IMG/VR virus record: IMGVR_UViG_3300022752_000083
Coordinates: 1-56,808 of that record
DNA: 56,808 bases
Source: a virus
Taxonomy: Duplodnaviria > Caudoviricetes
Reading direction: 5' to 3' (one strand)
Made by a program: the position numbers and the translations under genes
Shown: positions 9,688 through 18,723 of the stretch, one piece after another
Layout of the letters: each line of letters opens with the position of its first letter
Numbering within the stretch: the stretch's first letter is position 1
Notes under the pieces: generated by a model
Told to the model about the DNA's origin: nothing
Seen by the model: only the letters and a program-made list of their open reading frames with translations
The model's database searches: none

Positions 9688-10109
9688 TGTACGACAATCA
9701 ACTAAAAACTTATGAAAGTGCGATTTCTCTTCCGTTTAGGATTACTGCTCAAGGCGGAATCAAGGTTGCGCAAAGTCAGGCTCAAGTTTGGGCTGACCGC
9801 GTCAGGGGTGCTTTAAACACTCGATTTGATGAGCGCGTAATGTTTTCGCGGTTTGGAACACAAATAGCGTCGTATGAGTGGGACACCGTTACAAACATGG
9901 AAGAAGTCATTTTAACTGAAGTCGAGAATATGTTTACAGCTTTTTTCCCCACATTGGTTCTGGACCAAGTAACTGTGGAGCATGATGAGGTAAATAACGT
10001 CGTTGTGGTAGACGTAGAGTACACAACGCCCAACATGGACAAAATTACTACAAACGTTGGATTGGCAGTTGTCGCCGGTAACTTGCCACTATATGAGGAG
10101 CCACGATGA
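9687..10109 (+). CDS. baseplate wedge protein (gp25/gpW-like)
   Basis: ISLPF and T...ERVM...FGT; TAATG coupling. Confidence 0.8.
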   Translation: MYDNQLKTYESAISLPFRITAQGGIKVAQSQAQVWADRVRGALNTRFDERVMFSRFGTQIASYEWDTVTNMEEVILTEVENMFTAFFPTLVLDQVTVEHDEVNNVVVVDVEYTTPNMDKITTNVGLAVVAGNLPLYEEPR

Positions 10110-12169
10110 CAGATATTCCTGCCGCCCCTATTCTTCAAATTCCCGTTATGGTGGATTACACCAACAGGGACTTCTACTCGTTGCGAGACCAACTCATTCA
10201 ACGCGTCAAAGACCGCGTGAATACGGGTACCGGAAATGCATGGTACGGTAATGACCCCGCTGATTTTGGTCTTGCTCTTATTGAGGCGTTTGCTTATATG
10301 GGAGATGTTACTAGCTATTATGTTGACCGCGTGGCAAATGAAAATACCCTGTTCACCGCGTCTCAACGCGATAGCGTTTTAAACCTTGCTTATACATACG
10401 GGTACATCCCTTCCGGGTACAAGCAAGCATCTTGCTCAGTAACTTTTGCCTCTGCTGGTATTGGTTCTGCTTCTGTTCCAGCAGGAACTAAACTTCGTGC
10501 AACCATTACAAAGAACGATGTTGTTGAGCAAGTAATATTTACCACTAGTTCTGTTGCCGACTTTTCCTCATCTACAAAATCTATTTCTTCAATATCTAGC
10601 TCTAGTGGAACGGTTACTTATACTTCAAATGGTCATGGGTTTACTTCCGGTAACTATGTGACGGTTACTGGCTCAACTAACTACAATGTAACTAATGCAG
10701 TTATTACAGGTGTAACTACTAATACTTTTAGCATTTCTAGTTCTTTGACTGGAAGTACTTCTACCGGTACTGCTGTTTCTGCTGCTAAAACCATCTTGGT
10801 AACAGCGACTCACGGAGAAGATGTTTCTACTAGAACGGCAAACGTAGCTTCATCTCCGGATATCTCCGGTGAAAAAATAGGTACATCAGACGGAACTGCA
10901 AGTCAAATTTTTCAACTTAAAGAATCTCAAGTTGTTGATGGAACAATTAAAATCTTTGTTGTCACTGGAACAGGTGCAAGCAAGACCTATGGTCAATGGA
11001 CCGAAGTCATTCATCTTGCTGATTATGGTCCTACTGACTCAGTATTCAAGGTAATTCGTGGAAGCAATAACTCCGTTTTTGTTCAATTTGGTGACGGTGT
11101 TTCCGGAGCTATCCCCAATAATTACTCAACCATTAAAGCACAGTATGTTTTTGGTGGAGGAATTGTAGGCAATGTTCCTGCTGAATCTATTAATGCTTTT
11201 GTAGCTGCGGCTCCAAGCGGCATTACAGTAAGCAATCTTGAACGTGCAACAGGTGGTCTTGACCCCGAGGGTCTTGACGCAATCCGAGTTAATGCCCCTC
11301 AAGCTTTTAGCGCACTTAACCGTGCCGTAAGTCTTACGGACTACGAAGGTTTAACTCTTCAAGTCAGTGGTGCGGGTAAGGCAAATGCTGTGGCTGATGT
11401 ATGGTCTTCCGTAACCGTGTATCTTGCTCCAACAAGCACAGACTCTTCGGATTTGTACCCCGGTAAAAACACAAGTAACACAGCAGTACTTGGTTCGTGG
11501 ACCACACTTCAAACATCCGTGCAAGACGCATTAAAGCCCAAACTACTCATTGGTACCACTCTTACTGTTTCTCCTCCTACTTATACTCCCGTTTATTTAA
11601 CAGTGCAATACAGCAAACAACCTGAAGTAACTGATGCTCAAATTAAAGCTTCTATAAAAGATTACATAAACACGTATTACGGATATGCTTCGAATACTTT
11701 TGCACAGATTATTCACCCTGAGGAAATTGAATTTATTCTTCGGTACGTTCCCGGTCTACTCAATGTCTGGGTTACAGAGCTTCGTCGTGACTCTGCTCCT
11801 TCGGGTGCTCTTGGTACGTTGGTTGGTTCTGCTAGTGAAATATTCGTGTTCAACCCTGACAACATTACTTCTACCCAGAGGAGTACTGATGCCACGCTGT
11901 CATCACTAACAAAGACAGTTGGAACTCTTAGCCCGAGCTTTGTTTCAACTACTTTGAACTACTTGTTGGACATTGGGTCAGCTACGTCTACAGCAATTAC
12001 AGCCGTAGCAAATGCTGCTGGAGCAACCGTTACCGTAAATGGTGGAACAAGCCCCCAAACAATTACCAATAACAGTGTTGGAACTACAGTGAATGTCCCA
12101 GTAGTTGTTACTGCTGCGGATGGTCGTACCCTACAGACATACACGGTAGCTGTTTACAAGTCCGCATAA
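10106..12169 (+). CDS. baseplate J/gp6-like wedge protein with C-terminal beta-sandwich
   Basis: VDYTNRDF, DFGLALIE.FAYMGD, FGDGVSG.IP, GG.DPE, RAVSL.DY. Confidence 0.9.
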   Translation: MTDIPAAPILQIPVMVDYTNRDFYSLRDQLIQRVKDRVNTGTGNAWYGNDPADFGLALIEAFAYMGDVTSYYVDRVANENTLFTASQRDSVLNLAYTYGYIPSGYKQASCSVTFASAGIGSASVPAGTKLRATITKNDVVEQVIFTTSSVADFSSSTKSISSISSSSGTVTYTSNGHGFTSGNYVTVTGSTNYNVTNAVITGVTTNTFSISSSLTGSTSTGTAVSAAKTILVTATHGEDVSTRTANVASSPDISGEKIGTSDGTASQIFQLKESQVVDGTIKIFVVTGTGASKTYGQWTEVIHLADYGPTDSVFKVIRGSNNSVFVQFGDGVSGAIPNNYSTIKAQYVFGGGIVGNVPAESINAFVAAAPSGITVSNLERATGGLDPEGLDAIRVNAPQAFSALNRAVSLTDYEGLTLQVSGAGKANAVADVWSSVTVYLAPTSTDSSDLYPGKNTSNTAVLGSWTTLQTSVQDALKPKLLIGTTLTVSPPTYTPVYLTVQYSKQPEVTDAQIKASIKDYINTYYGYASNTFAQIIHPEEIEFILRYVPGLLNVWVTELRRDSAPSGALGTLVGSASEIFVFNPDNITSTQRSTDATLSSLTKTVGTLSPSFVSTTLNYLLDIGSATSTAITAVANAAGATVTVNGGTSPQTITNNSVGTTVNVPVVVTAADGRTLQTYTVAVYKSA

Positions 12170-14718
12170 TGATTATCGACTCCTACGGTAACCGACGATT
12201 CTTCGGAATCTACCGAGGTGTGGTTCAGGATAACGCTGACCCCCTTGGTAAAGGGCGTGTCAAATTAATGGTTCCGCAGGTACTCTTTGACGCGATGACT
12301 GAGTGGGCGTCTATTCAAGACGCTCACGGTGTTCATGTAGACCCTTTCCAAAATGGGCAAGGTGTATGGGTGCAGTTTGAGGGGGGTGACCCTTCCTTCC
12401 CTGTTGTTGTAGGGGAATTTGGCGGAGACGCTACTAACCTCAATCTGGCATTGAATGACCTTACTGACGTAGACACCACAGGTGTGTACAACGGGCAGAC
12501 AATAATTTACCAAGAGTCAACAAACTCATGGGTACCCGGTGCCGGTTCTGGGGGTGGGTCTCAGGGACCTCAAGGAAGCCAAGGACCGCAGGGTACTCAG
12601 GGTGCTCAAGGACCACAAGGACCACAAGGAACTACTGGGTCGCAAGGTTCGCAAGGACCACAGGGTTCAACCGGAATTCAAGGCACCCAAGGTCCGCAGG
12701 GCACTGCCGGACTTGATGGTGACCGTTACCACACAACGTCCACTACCGCCCACACAATTACCAATAACGGGTCACTGACGTTTTACACGACTGACCTTAA
12801 TCTTGACTACTCGATTCAACAGCACCTCATTATTGCTTATGACGCATCAAATTACATGCATGCTTCGGTTACCTCTTACAACCCTGCTACTGGTCAACTA
12901 GTCGTAAACATTGATAGAAAGACGGGTTCAGGCACGTACTCCTCGTGGGAAATCAACCTCGACGGTGCGGTAGGTACTCAAGGTCCTCAAGGCTCGACTG
13001 GTGCTCAAGGTACCCAAGGTCCGCAAGGCGCACAGGGAGCTACCGGTAGTCAAGGACCTACGGGTCCTCAGGGACCACAAGGCTCAACTGGTGCTCAGGG
13101 AGCAACTGGAAGTCAAGGACCGCAAGGACCCCAAGGTTCTCCGGGAGCACAAGGAGCCACAGGAAGCCAAGGCGCAACTGGTCCTCAAGGTGCTCAGGGT
13201 CCTCAAGGTGTACAAGGTTCAACTGGTCCTCAGGGTTCCTCCGGAGCGCAAGGCGCTACCGGTAGTCAAGGAGCAACAGGACCGCAAGGTACGCAGGGAC
13301 CACAAGGGTCGGCTGGTACTAACGGAACCAATGGAGCTGCTGCAACAATAGCTGTTGGTACTACCACCACTGGTGCTGCCGGTACATCTGCCTCGGTAAC
13401 CAACTCGGGCACATCTTCGGCTGCAACCTTTAACTTCACAATTCCACAAGGTGTACAAGGTGCGCAAGGAGCCACAGGAAGTCAGGGACCGCAGGGTGCA
13501 CAAGGACCGCAGGGTACTCAGGGTACTCAGGGACCTCAAGGTCCGCAGGGGGCTGCCGGAACTAACGGAACTAATGGAACGCAAGGAAGTCAGGGACCGC
13601 AGGGTGCACAAGGACCACAAGGTGCTGCGTCTACAGTTGCTGGTCCTCAAGGAAACCAAGGCGAGTCTTCTGGGTTACAGTTCTATTGGAAATCTGCAAC
13701 AGCAGATGATGTACCTAATGGTTATGTGTATGGAATCACTGCAACAAATGCCACACCACCAACATCTATAAATCAAGTTGCATCTCTTCTTTTTAATGGT
13801 AACGACATATATGGAATGCAACTATATGACTTCATAAATACGTGGGATGACTCTACCTCAACCATAAAAGGCTACATCCATATAAAAAGTAATAGTAATG
13901 CTGATAGTGATTATGCAATATATAAAGTAAATTCGGTTTCAGACTATAATGCAAATAGTGGACCATATAACAGCGTTAACGTTACTTTCATCACAGGTAA
14001 TGGAACAATTTTTAGTCTTGATGAAAGAGTAACAATTGAGTTCTACCGTACTGGAGATAAGGGTTCTCAAGGAACGCAAGGAGCACAAGGAGTACAAGGT
14101 GTGCAAGGAGCCACAGGAAGTCAGGGACCGCAGGGTGCACAAGGACCGCAGGGTACTCAGGGTGCCCAAGGACCTCAAGGTGCTAGCGGTAATGGTCTAG
14201 TACCAATTGTGCCGTCGAGTGTGACTGTTGGTTCGGGTTCTGCGAGTGTTGGAACTAACGGTCTTGTCACGTTTACGAGTGCGTCAAGCGTGCGACTCAA
14301 TGGTGTTTTTAGCGCGACCTACAAGAACTACGTTATTTATTTTTCAGCCCCAATTGGAAATGCAAACAACACACTAGCTAACACAACCCTTGTTCGTTTT
14401 TCTACAAGTGGAACTGTAAACACAACTAGTTCCTATACACATACAGGCGCCTACACACAAGCCGTTGCACTAGCTTCTACAAGCCGAGGCACATCAACAG
14501 GAGCAACTTCTTCGGTTCTAGACTTTCTGCAAGACACCTGCATAACCCTATACGCGCCTTTTGAATCTCGTGGAACATCCGCGACATTTACCAATGCATA
14601 CGCTCAAACAAATATTTTTGGACAATTTGGATTCAACGCCGCAACATCTTTTGACGGTATTCAATTTTTCAACAACACATTTACAGGTACTGTTCAAGTT
14701 TACGGATTGGCTAACTAA
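12169..14718 (+). CDS. gp5/gpV OB-fold spike domain fused to collagen-like fibre
   Basis: YRGVV.DN.DP...GRVK..VP..VWVQFEGGD.SFPV followed by multiple G-X-Q triplet blocks. Confidence 0.85.
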   Translation: MIIDSYGNRRFFGIYRGVVQDNADPLGKGRVKLMVPQVLFDAMTEWASIQDAHGVHVDPFQNGQGVWVQFEGGDPSFPVVVGEFGGDATNLNLALNDLTDVDTTGVYNGQTIIYQESTNSWVPGAGSGGGSQGPQGSQGPQGTQGAQGPQGPQGTTGSQGSQGPQGSTGIQGTQGPQGTAGLDGDRYHTTSTTAHTITNNGSLTFYTTDLNLDYSIQQHLIIAYDASNYMHASVTSYNPATGQLVVNIDRKTGSGTYSSWEINLDGAVGTQGPQGSTGAQGTQGPQGAQGATGSQGPTGPQGPQGSTGAQGATGSQGPQGPQGSPGAQGATGSQGATGPQGAQGPQGVQGSTGPQGSSGAQGATGSQGATGPQGTQGPQGSAGTNGTNGAAATIAVGTTTTGAAGTSASVTNSGTSSAATFNFTIPQGVQGAQGATGSQGPQGAQGPQGTQGTQGPQGPQGAAGTNGTNGTQGSQGPQGAQGPQGAASTVAGPQGNQGESSGLQFYWKSATADDVPNGYVYGITATNATPPTSINQVASLLFNGNDIYGMQLYDFINTWDDSTSTIKGYIHIKSNSNADSDYAIYKVNSVSDYNANSGPYNSVNVTFITGNGTIFSLDERVTIEFYRTGDKGSQGTQGAQGVQGVQGATGSQGPQGAQGPQGTQGAQGPQGASGNGLVPIVPSSVTVGSGSASVGTNGLVTFTSASSVRLNGVFSATYKNYVIYFSAPIGNANNTLANTTLVRFSTSGTVNTTSSYTHTGAYTQAVALASTSRGTSTGATSSVLDFLQDTCITLYAPFESRGTSATFTNAYAQTNIFGQFGFNAATSFDGIQFFNNTFTGTVQVYGLAN
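13464..13524 (+). repeat. 61-bp direct repeat, copy 1
   Basis: identical to 14103-14163. Confidence 0.85.
14103..14163 (+). repeat. 61-bp direct repeat, copy 2
   Basis: identical to 13464-13524. Confidence 0.85.
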
Positions 14719-14942
14719 TGGAAGACATTACACCTGAAGACTCTGCTGCGCCGGTATACCTTGTTCCGCCAACTCAAGAGGAACTAGATGAACTTGCCAC
14801 CTTTGCCGAAGAGCAAAGACTTCTTGAAGCAGAACTGCTTGCTCAAGAGAACATGAGGCAGGAAGCGCGAAATGCTGCTTTGGCTAAATTAACTAAGCTT
14901 GGTCTTACAGAAGAAGAAGCAAAAGCTGTCATAGGTCTGTAG
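14718..14942 (+). CDS. small fibre-associated chaperone-like protein
   Basis: coupled to fibre gene; AL.KL.KLGLTEEEAKA C-terminus. Confidence 0.65.
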   Translation: MEDITPEDSAAPVYLVPPTQEELDELATFAEEQRLLEAELLAQENMRQEARNAALAKLTKLGLTEEEAKAVIGL

Positions 14943-14945
14943 ACT
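14940..14945 (+). promoter_or_regulatory. -10 (TAGACT) of putative leaderless transcript
   Basis: exactly 6 nt before ATG 14952; no SD. Confidence 0.55.
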
Positions 14946-14951
14946 TAGTGC

Positions 14952-15752
14952 ATGATTTCAATAATTACACCGGCATATAATACTCCTCCAGATGTACTTG
15001 CCCGTACATGGGCATCTCTCAAAGCACAGAAATATACTGATTGGGAGTGGGTTGTTTGGGACGACTCCACTAAACCCGAGACGTGGGCACAGCTTTATGG
15101 CTTTGCCTCTGACGAGAGATTCCGACTCGTCACTCATCGTACCCACACTCATTCCGGTTCTATTGGAGAGGTGAAGCGTCGTGGGTTTATGGTTGCCGAA
15201 GGTGACATTTTGGTGGAGCTTGACCACGATGACGAGTTAACCCCAGATGCACTTGAACTGATTGCCAAGGCGTTTGAGGACAAGTCAGTTGGTTTTGTAT
15301 TTTCGGATTGGGTAGAGATTCTTCCCGATGGTCAGTCTGGAAAGTATCCTGACGGTTGGGCGTTTGGATACGGAGAACACTACTGGGATGAGGAGCTTGG
15401 CTTCTGGGGTTCTCGGGTTTCAGAAATTAACGCTACCACTCTGGGGCATATCGTCTCGGCTCCTAATCACGTCCGTGCTTGGCGGGCGTCTGTTTATCGC
15501 GAACTTGGTGGTCACAACCCTAAGCTAGACATTGCTGATGACTACGAACTTGTGGTTCGCACATCGTTGGTCACAAAGTTTGCGCACATCCCCAAGGTTA
15601 TCTACAAACAGCACATCGGTGGTCACACGGCTCAACGCCAAAAGAACGAACGTATTCAAGAACTGGTAGCCAGTATCTCTGCGGAGTATAAAGACCGTCT
15701 GGAAGCCAAGTTCCCTTTGCCCTATATGTCTGAGGATAATCCGTCAAAATAG
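14952..15752 (+). CDS. GT2-family glycosyltransferase
   Basis: ISIITPAYN, WVVWDDS, ELDHDD, ADDYEL motifs. Confidence 0.9.
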   Translation: MISIITPAYNTPPDVLARTWASLKAQKYTDWEWVVWDDSTKPETWAQLYGFASDERFRLVTHRTHTHSGSIGEVKRRGFMVAEGDILVELDHDDELTPDALELIAKAFEDKSVGFVFSDWVEILPDGQSGKYPDGWAFGYGEHYWDEELGFWGSRVSEINATTLGHIVSAPNHVRAWRASVYRELGGHNPKLDIADDYELVVRTSLVTKFAHIPKVIYKQHIGGHTAQRQKNERIQELVASISAEYKDRLEAKFPLPYMSEDNPSK

Positions 15753-15775
15753 AACTAAGACTTTAGGAGGTCGGT

Positions 15776-16216
15776 ATGGCTCAATACCCCGATAATCTTG
15801 CCAACTTTACTTTTGTACAAAACGGTATAGACACGGTTCAAGCTTCACACGTAAACGTTAGTTACCAAGAAATTACGGCAACTCAAACAGAACTTGGCGC
15901 AAATGCTTCTGACCGTTCTGGCTCGTGGTCCTCTACTCCGATGGTTGTTTCTAGCCTTACTTTTTCAGACGTCAAATCGCGCTTGGATAACGTCGAAAAT
16001 GGGGCTTACTACTCTCAGACATATTTGGTAAAGAATAACGGTGGAAGCACCATTACAACTTCTGCTGACAATATCAAGGGTCTTGTAATCAAAGCTTTCT
16101 CTGGCACTCAAAGCGCAAATCTTATGGAGGTTCAAACCTCTGCCGGAAGCGTAATTAGTTACTTTAAGCCAGACGGAACTTTCTACACACCAACTATTGA
16201 CGGCGGAACAGCGTAA
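15776..16216 (+). CDS. hypothetical virion/tail protein
   Basis: SD TAGGAGG; V.ASHVN..Y.EI.A.QTELG motif; tail context. Confidence 0.6.
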   Translation: MAQYPDNLANFTFVQNGIDTVQASHVNVSYQEITATQTELGANASDRSGSWSSTPMVVSSLTFSDVKSRLDNVENGAYYSQTYLVKNNGGSTITTSADNIKGLVIKAFSGTQSANLMEVQTSAGSVISYFKPDGTFYTPTIDGGTA

Positions 16217-16230
16217 CGGAGTAGCCTCTT

Positions 16231-18405
16231 ATGGCTCGGTATAATACCTTTAATTACGGAGACGTAGTCTATTATGGCGCAACAGCCGCTGCGCTTTACT
16301 CGGCAACCCCATTTACAGCAACTCCAATCGACTATGACAAAATAGCGGTTGAATGGGTGATGCCCGGTTCGATTGCAAATTATACGTATAGCCGACTTCG
16401 CTTAGTTCGTAATCAAGATTACCCGTCTGAAACACAAGAAGACGGAATCGTTATATATGACGTAGTAAGCCCATTTACAAACTCTGGTTATGCGTATGGA
16501 GTCGATGGGACTCTTAAAGATGCTGATGGGATTTTGTTCCCTGCTCTTAAACCGGGTAGGTATGTTTACTACTCTATTTGGATTCTAAAAACAACGGATG
16601 GGAATACTTTTTGGGACAAGATTGCAGATACCAGCACGGTACTTGCAAGGTCTCACGACACACTACTTAGCAATACTGACGACTCCGTTTCCCCGGCAGG
16701 ATTGTCAGCAGCAGAGGTAGAAGTTTTACGAACAAACTTAGTTAACAATGCCACAACGCGAACCCAGACTACTCATCAAAAATTCTTAGAACTTCTTCCA
16801 AGGGTATACACTACGGCAAATGAATCTCCGTTGGATATCGTGGATGAAACCTCCGATTTGTCTAGATTCCTCAAGGGATTTACTTACACTCTTGATGAGA
16901 TATTTACTTTTGCGGATTTGCTCTTGCCCACGCGAGACGCCACCAATTACTCGGCTGATTTGCTTCGTGCAAAATCATTTGAGTTGGGGATTACAGCAGA
17001 CAATCAACGTTCGCAAAAAATTCAACAGAAACTTGTTCGTGAGGCTAGGTACATAACCTCTCGCAAGGGAACCGCTCTTGCTCTAGAAACTCTTGCAGAA
17101 TCTATGACTGGATTTAACACAGTTGTTCAATCATTCTCTAATTTAATGTTGTCTGCTCAAGACAGCTCATTCTATAAAGGAATTGGTAACTGGAAGACTG
17201 TTGGCGGTTGCACACTTACTGTTGAAAAAGTCAACACACCTCCTGTAAAAACAGATTTTACACCTGATTTAGATAAAGCAATTGATTTTATATACTCTGG
17301 AAAAGTAGTTACGTCTGCTGCTAATGCCCAAATTACAAATGGAAATTTGTCTCCTATTACTCAGGGAATACCAGTAAAGGCAGGAACTTCCTACACTTTT
17401 TCGGCGTATGTTCAAAACTCAAATTCTGGGACCGTTACCCCAACTATTAGGTGGTATTCCGTTTCTGGAAGTTTTATTAGTTCGTCAACTACCACAGCGT
17501 GGTCAACCTCTTCAAGTTGGGTGAAGAGAACACTTACTGCAACAGCGCCAACCGGAGCTGTTTATGCTAGTACTGAATTAAAGTTCAACTCGTCTAGCCA
17601 AACGTACTACTTGGATATGATGCAGTTTGCCGTTGATAATGCAACTGTGTTTGAAGAAGCTCGCGTAGCTAATGTCCACTTATCTCCTGTAAAGATTAAC
17701 TACATAGTTAATCCGTCATTTGAGTCAAATAAATCCAATTGGACCATAACAGACTCGGGTTCTTCTACAGTTACGGACAGTCCTTCAGATATAGTTGCGG
17801 GAACAAAAAGTCTTTCTGCCACTATCTCTACTACACAAAAGATTGAAACAGTCGTCACTAGTGGTTCCGGGGAACTTGCCATTCCTTCTGTAGTTACCGA
17901 CGAACGCGTCGTGCCTAAGTACGGTGACTATTACACATATTCTTTTTATGCAAAAAAATCAACTTCAGGAACACTTAACGCCACAATTACATTTGCTGTT
18001 ACTTCTGGTTCTCTTTCAAAAAGTGTAAGCAAGTCTATTGCTATCACTAATACTTGGAAACGCTATTCCGTTCAGACATATATTGAATCAGCATATGTTG
18101 CACCTACTTTGACGTTAACTCTTTTGGGTGTTGACTCTGGAGTGATACTTTTTGATGCTGCTCAATTAGAGCGGGCATATTCTCCTACAGATTACTTTGA
18201 TGGCTCTATGTCAATTAATGGTGGAGAGTGGAGTGGTTCTCCCAACGCTTCGGCAACGTATGTTTTCCCAAACAAGAGCACAGTAGTATCTCGGCTTGCA
18301 ACAGATATGCCATCGTATCTTGTATCTGGAACGCCGTACCGAGTAATTACGGATTCTGGAATTGTTACTGGGAATTTGGGTGTTGTGCAGGGATTTGCGC
18401 CATAG
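16231..18405 (+). CDS. tail/baseplate protein (P2 gpI-like core plus carbohydrate-binding-like domains)
   Basis: LLPRVY, RKGT..ALE, NPSFE and YTFSAYV/YSFYAK jelly-roll-like repeats. Confidence 0.7.
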   Translation: MARYNTFNYGDVVYYGATAAALYSATPFTATPIDYDKIAVEWVMPGSIANYTYSRLRLVRNQDYPSETQEDGIVIYDVVSPFTNSGYAYGVDGTLKDADGILFPALKPGRYVYYSIWILKTTDGNTFWDKIADTSTVLARSHDTLLSNTDDSVSPAGLSAAEVEVLRTNLVNNATTRTQTTHQKFLELLPRVYTTANESPLDIVDETSDLSRFLKGFTYTLDEIFTFADLLLPTRDATNYSADLLRAKSFELGITADNQRSQKIQQKLVREARYITSRKGTALALETLAESMTGFNTVVQSFSNLMLSAQDSSFYKGIGNWKTVGGCTLTVEKVNTPPVKTDFTPDLDKAIDFIYSGKVVTSAANAQITNGNLSPITQGIPVKAGTSYTFSAYVQNSNSGTVTPTIRWYSVSGSFISSSTTTAWSTSSSWVKRTLTATAPTGAVYASTELKFNSSSQTYYLDMMQFAVDNATVFEEARVANVHLSPVKINYIVNPSFESNKSNWTITDSGSSTVTDSPSDIVAGTKSLSATISTTQKIETVVTSGSGELAIPSVVTDERVVPKYGDYYTYSFYAKKSTSGTLNATITFAVTSGSLSKSVSKSIAITNTWKRYSVQTYIESAYVAPTLTLTLLGVDSGVILFDAAQLERAYSPTDYFDGSMSINGGEWSGSPNASATYVFPNKSTVVSRLATDMPSYLVSGTPYRVITDSGIVTGNLGVVQGFAP

Positions 18406-18408
18406 AAT
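18403..18408 (+). promoter_or_regulatory. -10 (TAGAAT) of putative leaderless transcript
   Basis: 6 nt before ATG 18415; no SD. Confidence 0.55.
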
Positions 18409-18414
18409 AACCGT

Positions 18415-18687
18415 ATGGAACTATTAATCGTTGTAATCATTGCGGGCATGGCATCTGGATTCTGTGCCGAACTCATTTCTTTTTTCATAGAACGGTTCAC
18501 CATTCTTGATGAAAGACTGACTAAGCAAATCGTCTTAGCCCCATTTGGAGCACTTTTCTCTTGGCTTCTTGGTGCTCAGGGTTGGGATATCCTTGTTGCG
18601 GGTCTTGCTTCTGCTTTCTTTAACTTGCTCATCATGTACTACATGACGCGCCCAATGACGATTCAACAACTCACTACGCGTCGATAA
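18415..18687 (+). CDS. small membrane protein, holin-like
   Basis: about 3 hydrophobic segments, basic C-terminus, end of tail module. Confidence 0.55.
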   Translation: MELLIVVIIAGMASGFCAELISFFIERFTILDERLTKQIVLAPFGALFSWLLGAQGWDILVAGLASAFFNLLIMYYMTRPMTIQQLTTRR

Positions 18688-18689
18688 GG

Positions 18690-18698
18690 TGGTATATT
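18690..18698 (+). promoter_or_regulatory. extended -10 (TGgTATATT) of replication operon
   Basis: TGn-TAnnnT in the short intergenic gap before the initiator. Confidence 0.45.
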
Positions 18699-18723
18699 CG
18701 ATTCCCTACGAACAGAGGGAACT

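Noticed and set aside
12560-14180. Collagen-region repeats as a diversity-generating retroelement TR/VR
   Set aside because: Copies are identical rather than A-specifically mutated, and there is no reverse transcriptase in the window.
438-18405. Bacterial eCIS/tailocin locus rather than phage
   Set aside because: Contiguous with phage replication genes and an early-gene arm; no host housekeeping genes or Afp15-like ATPase.
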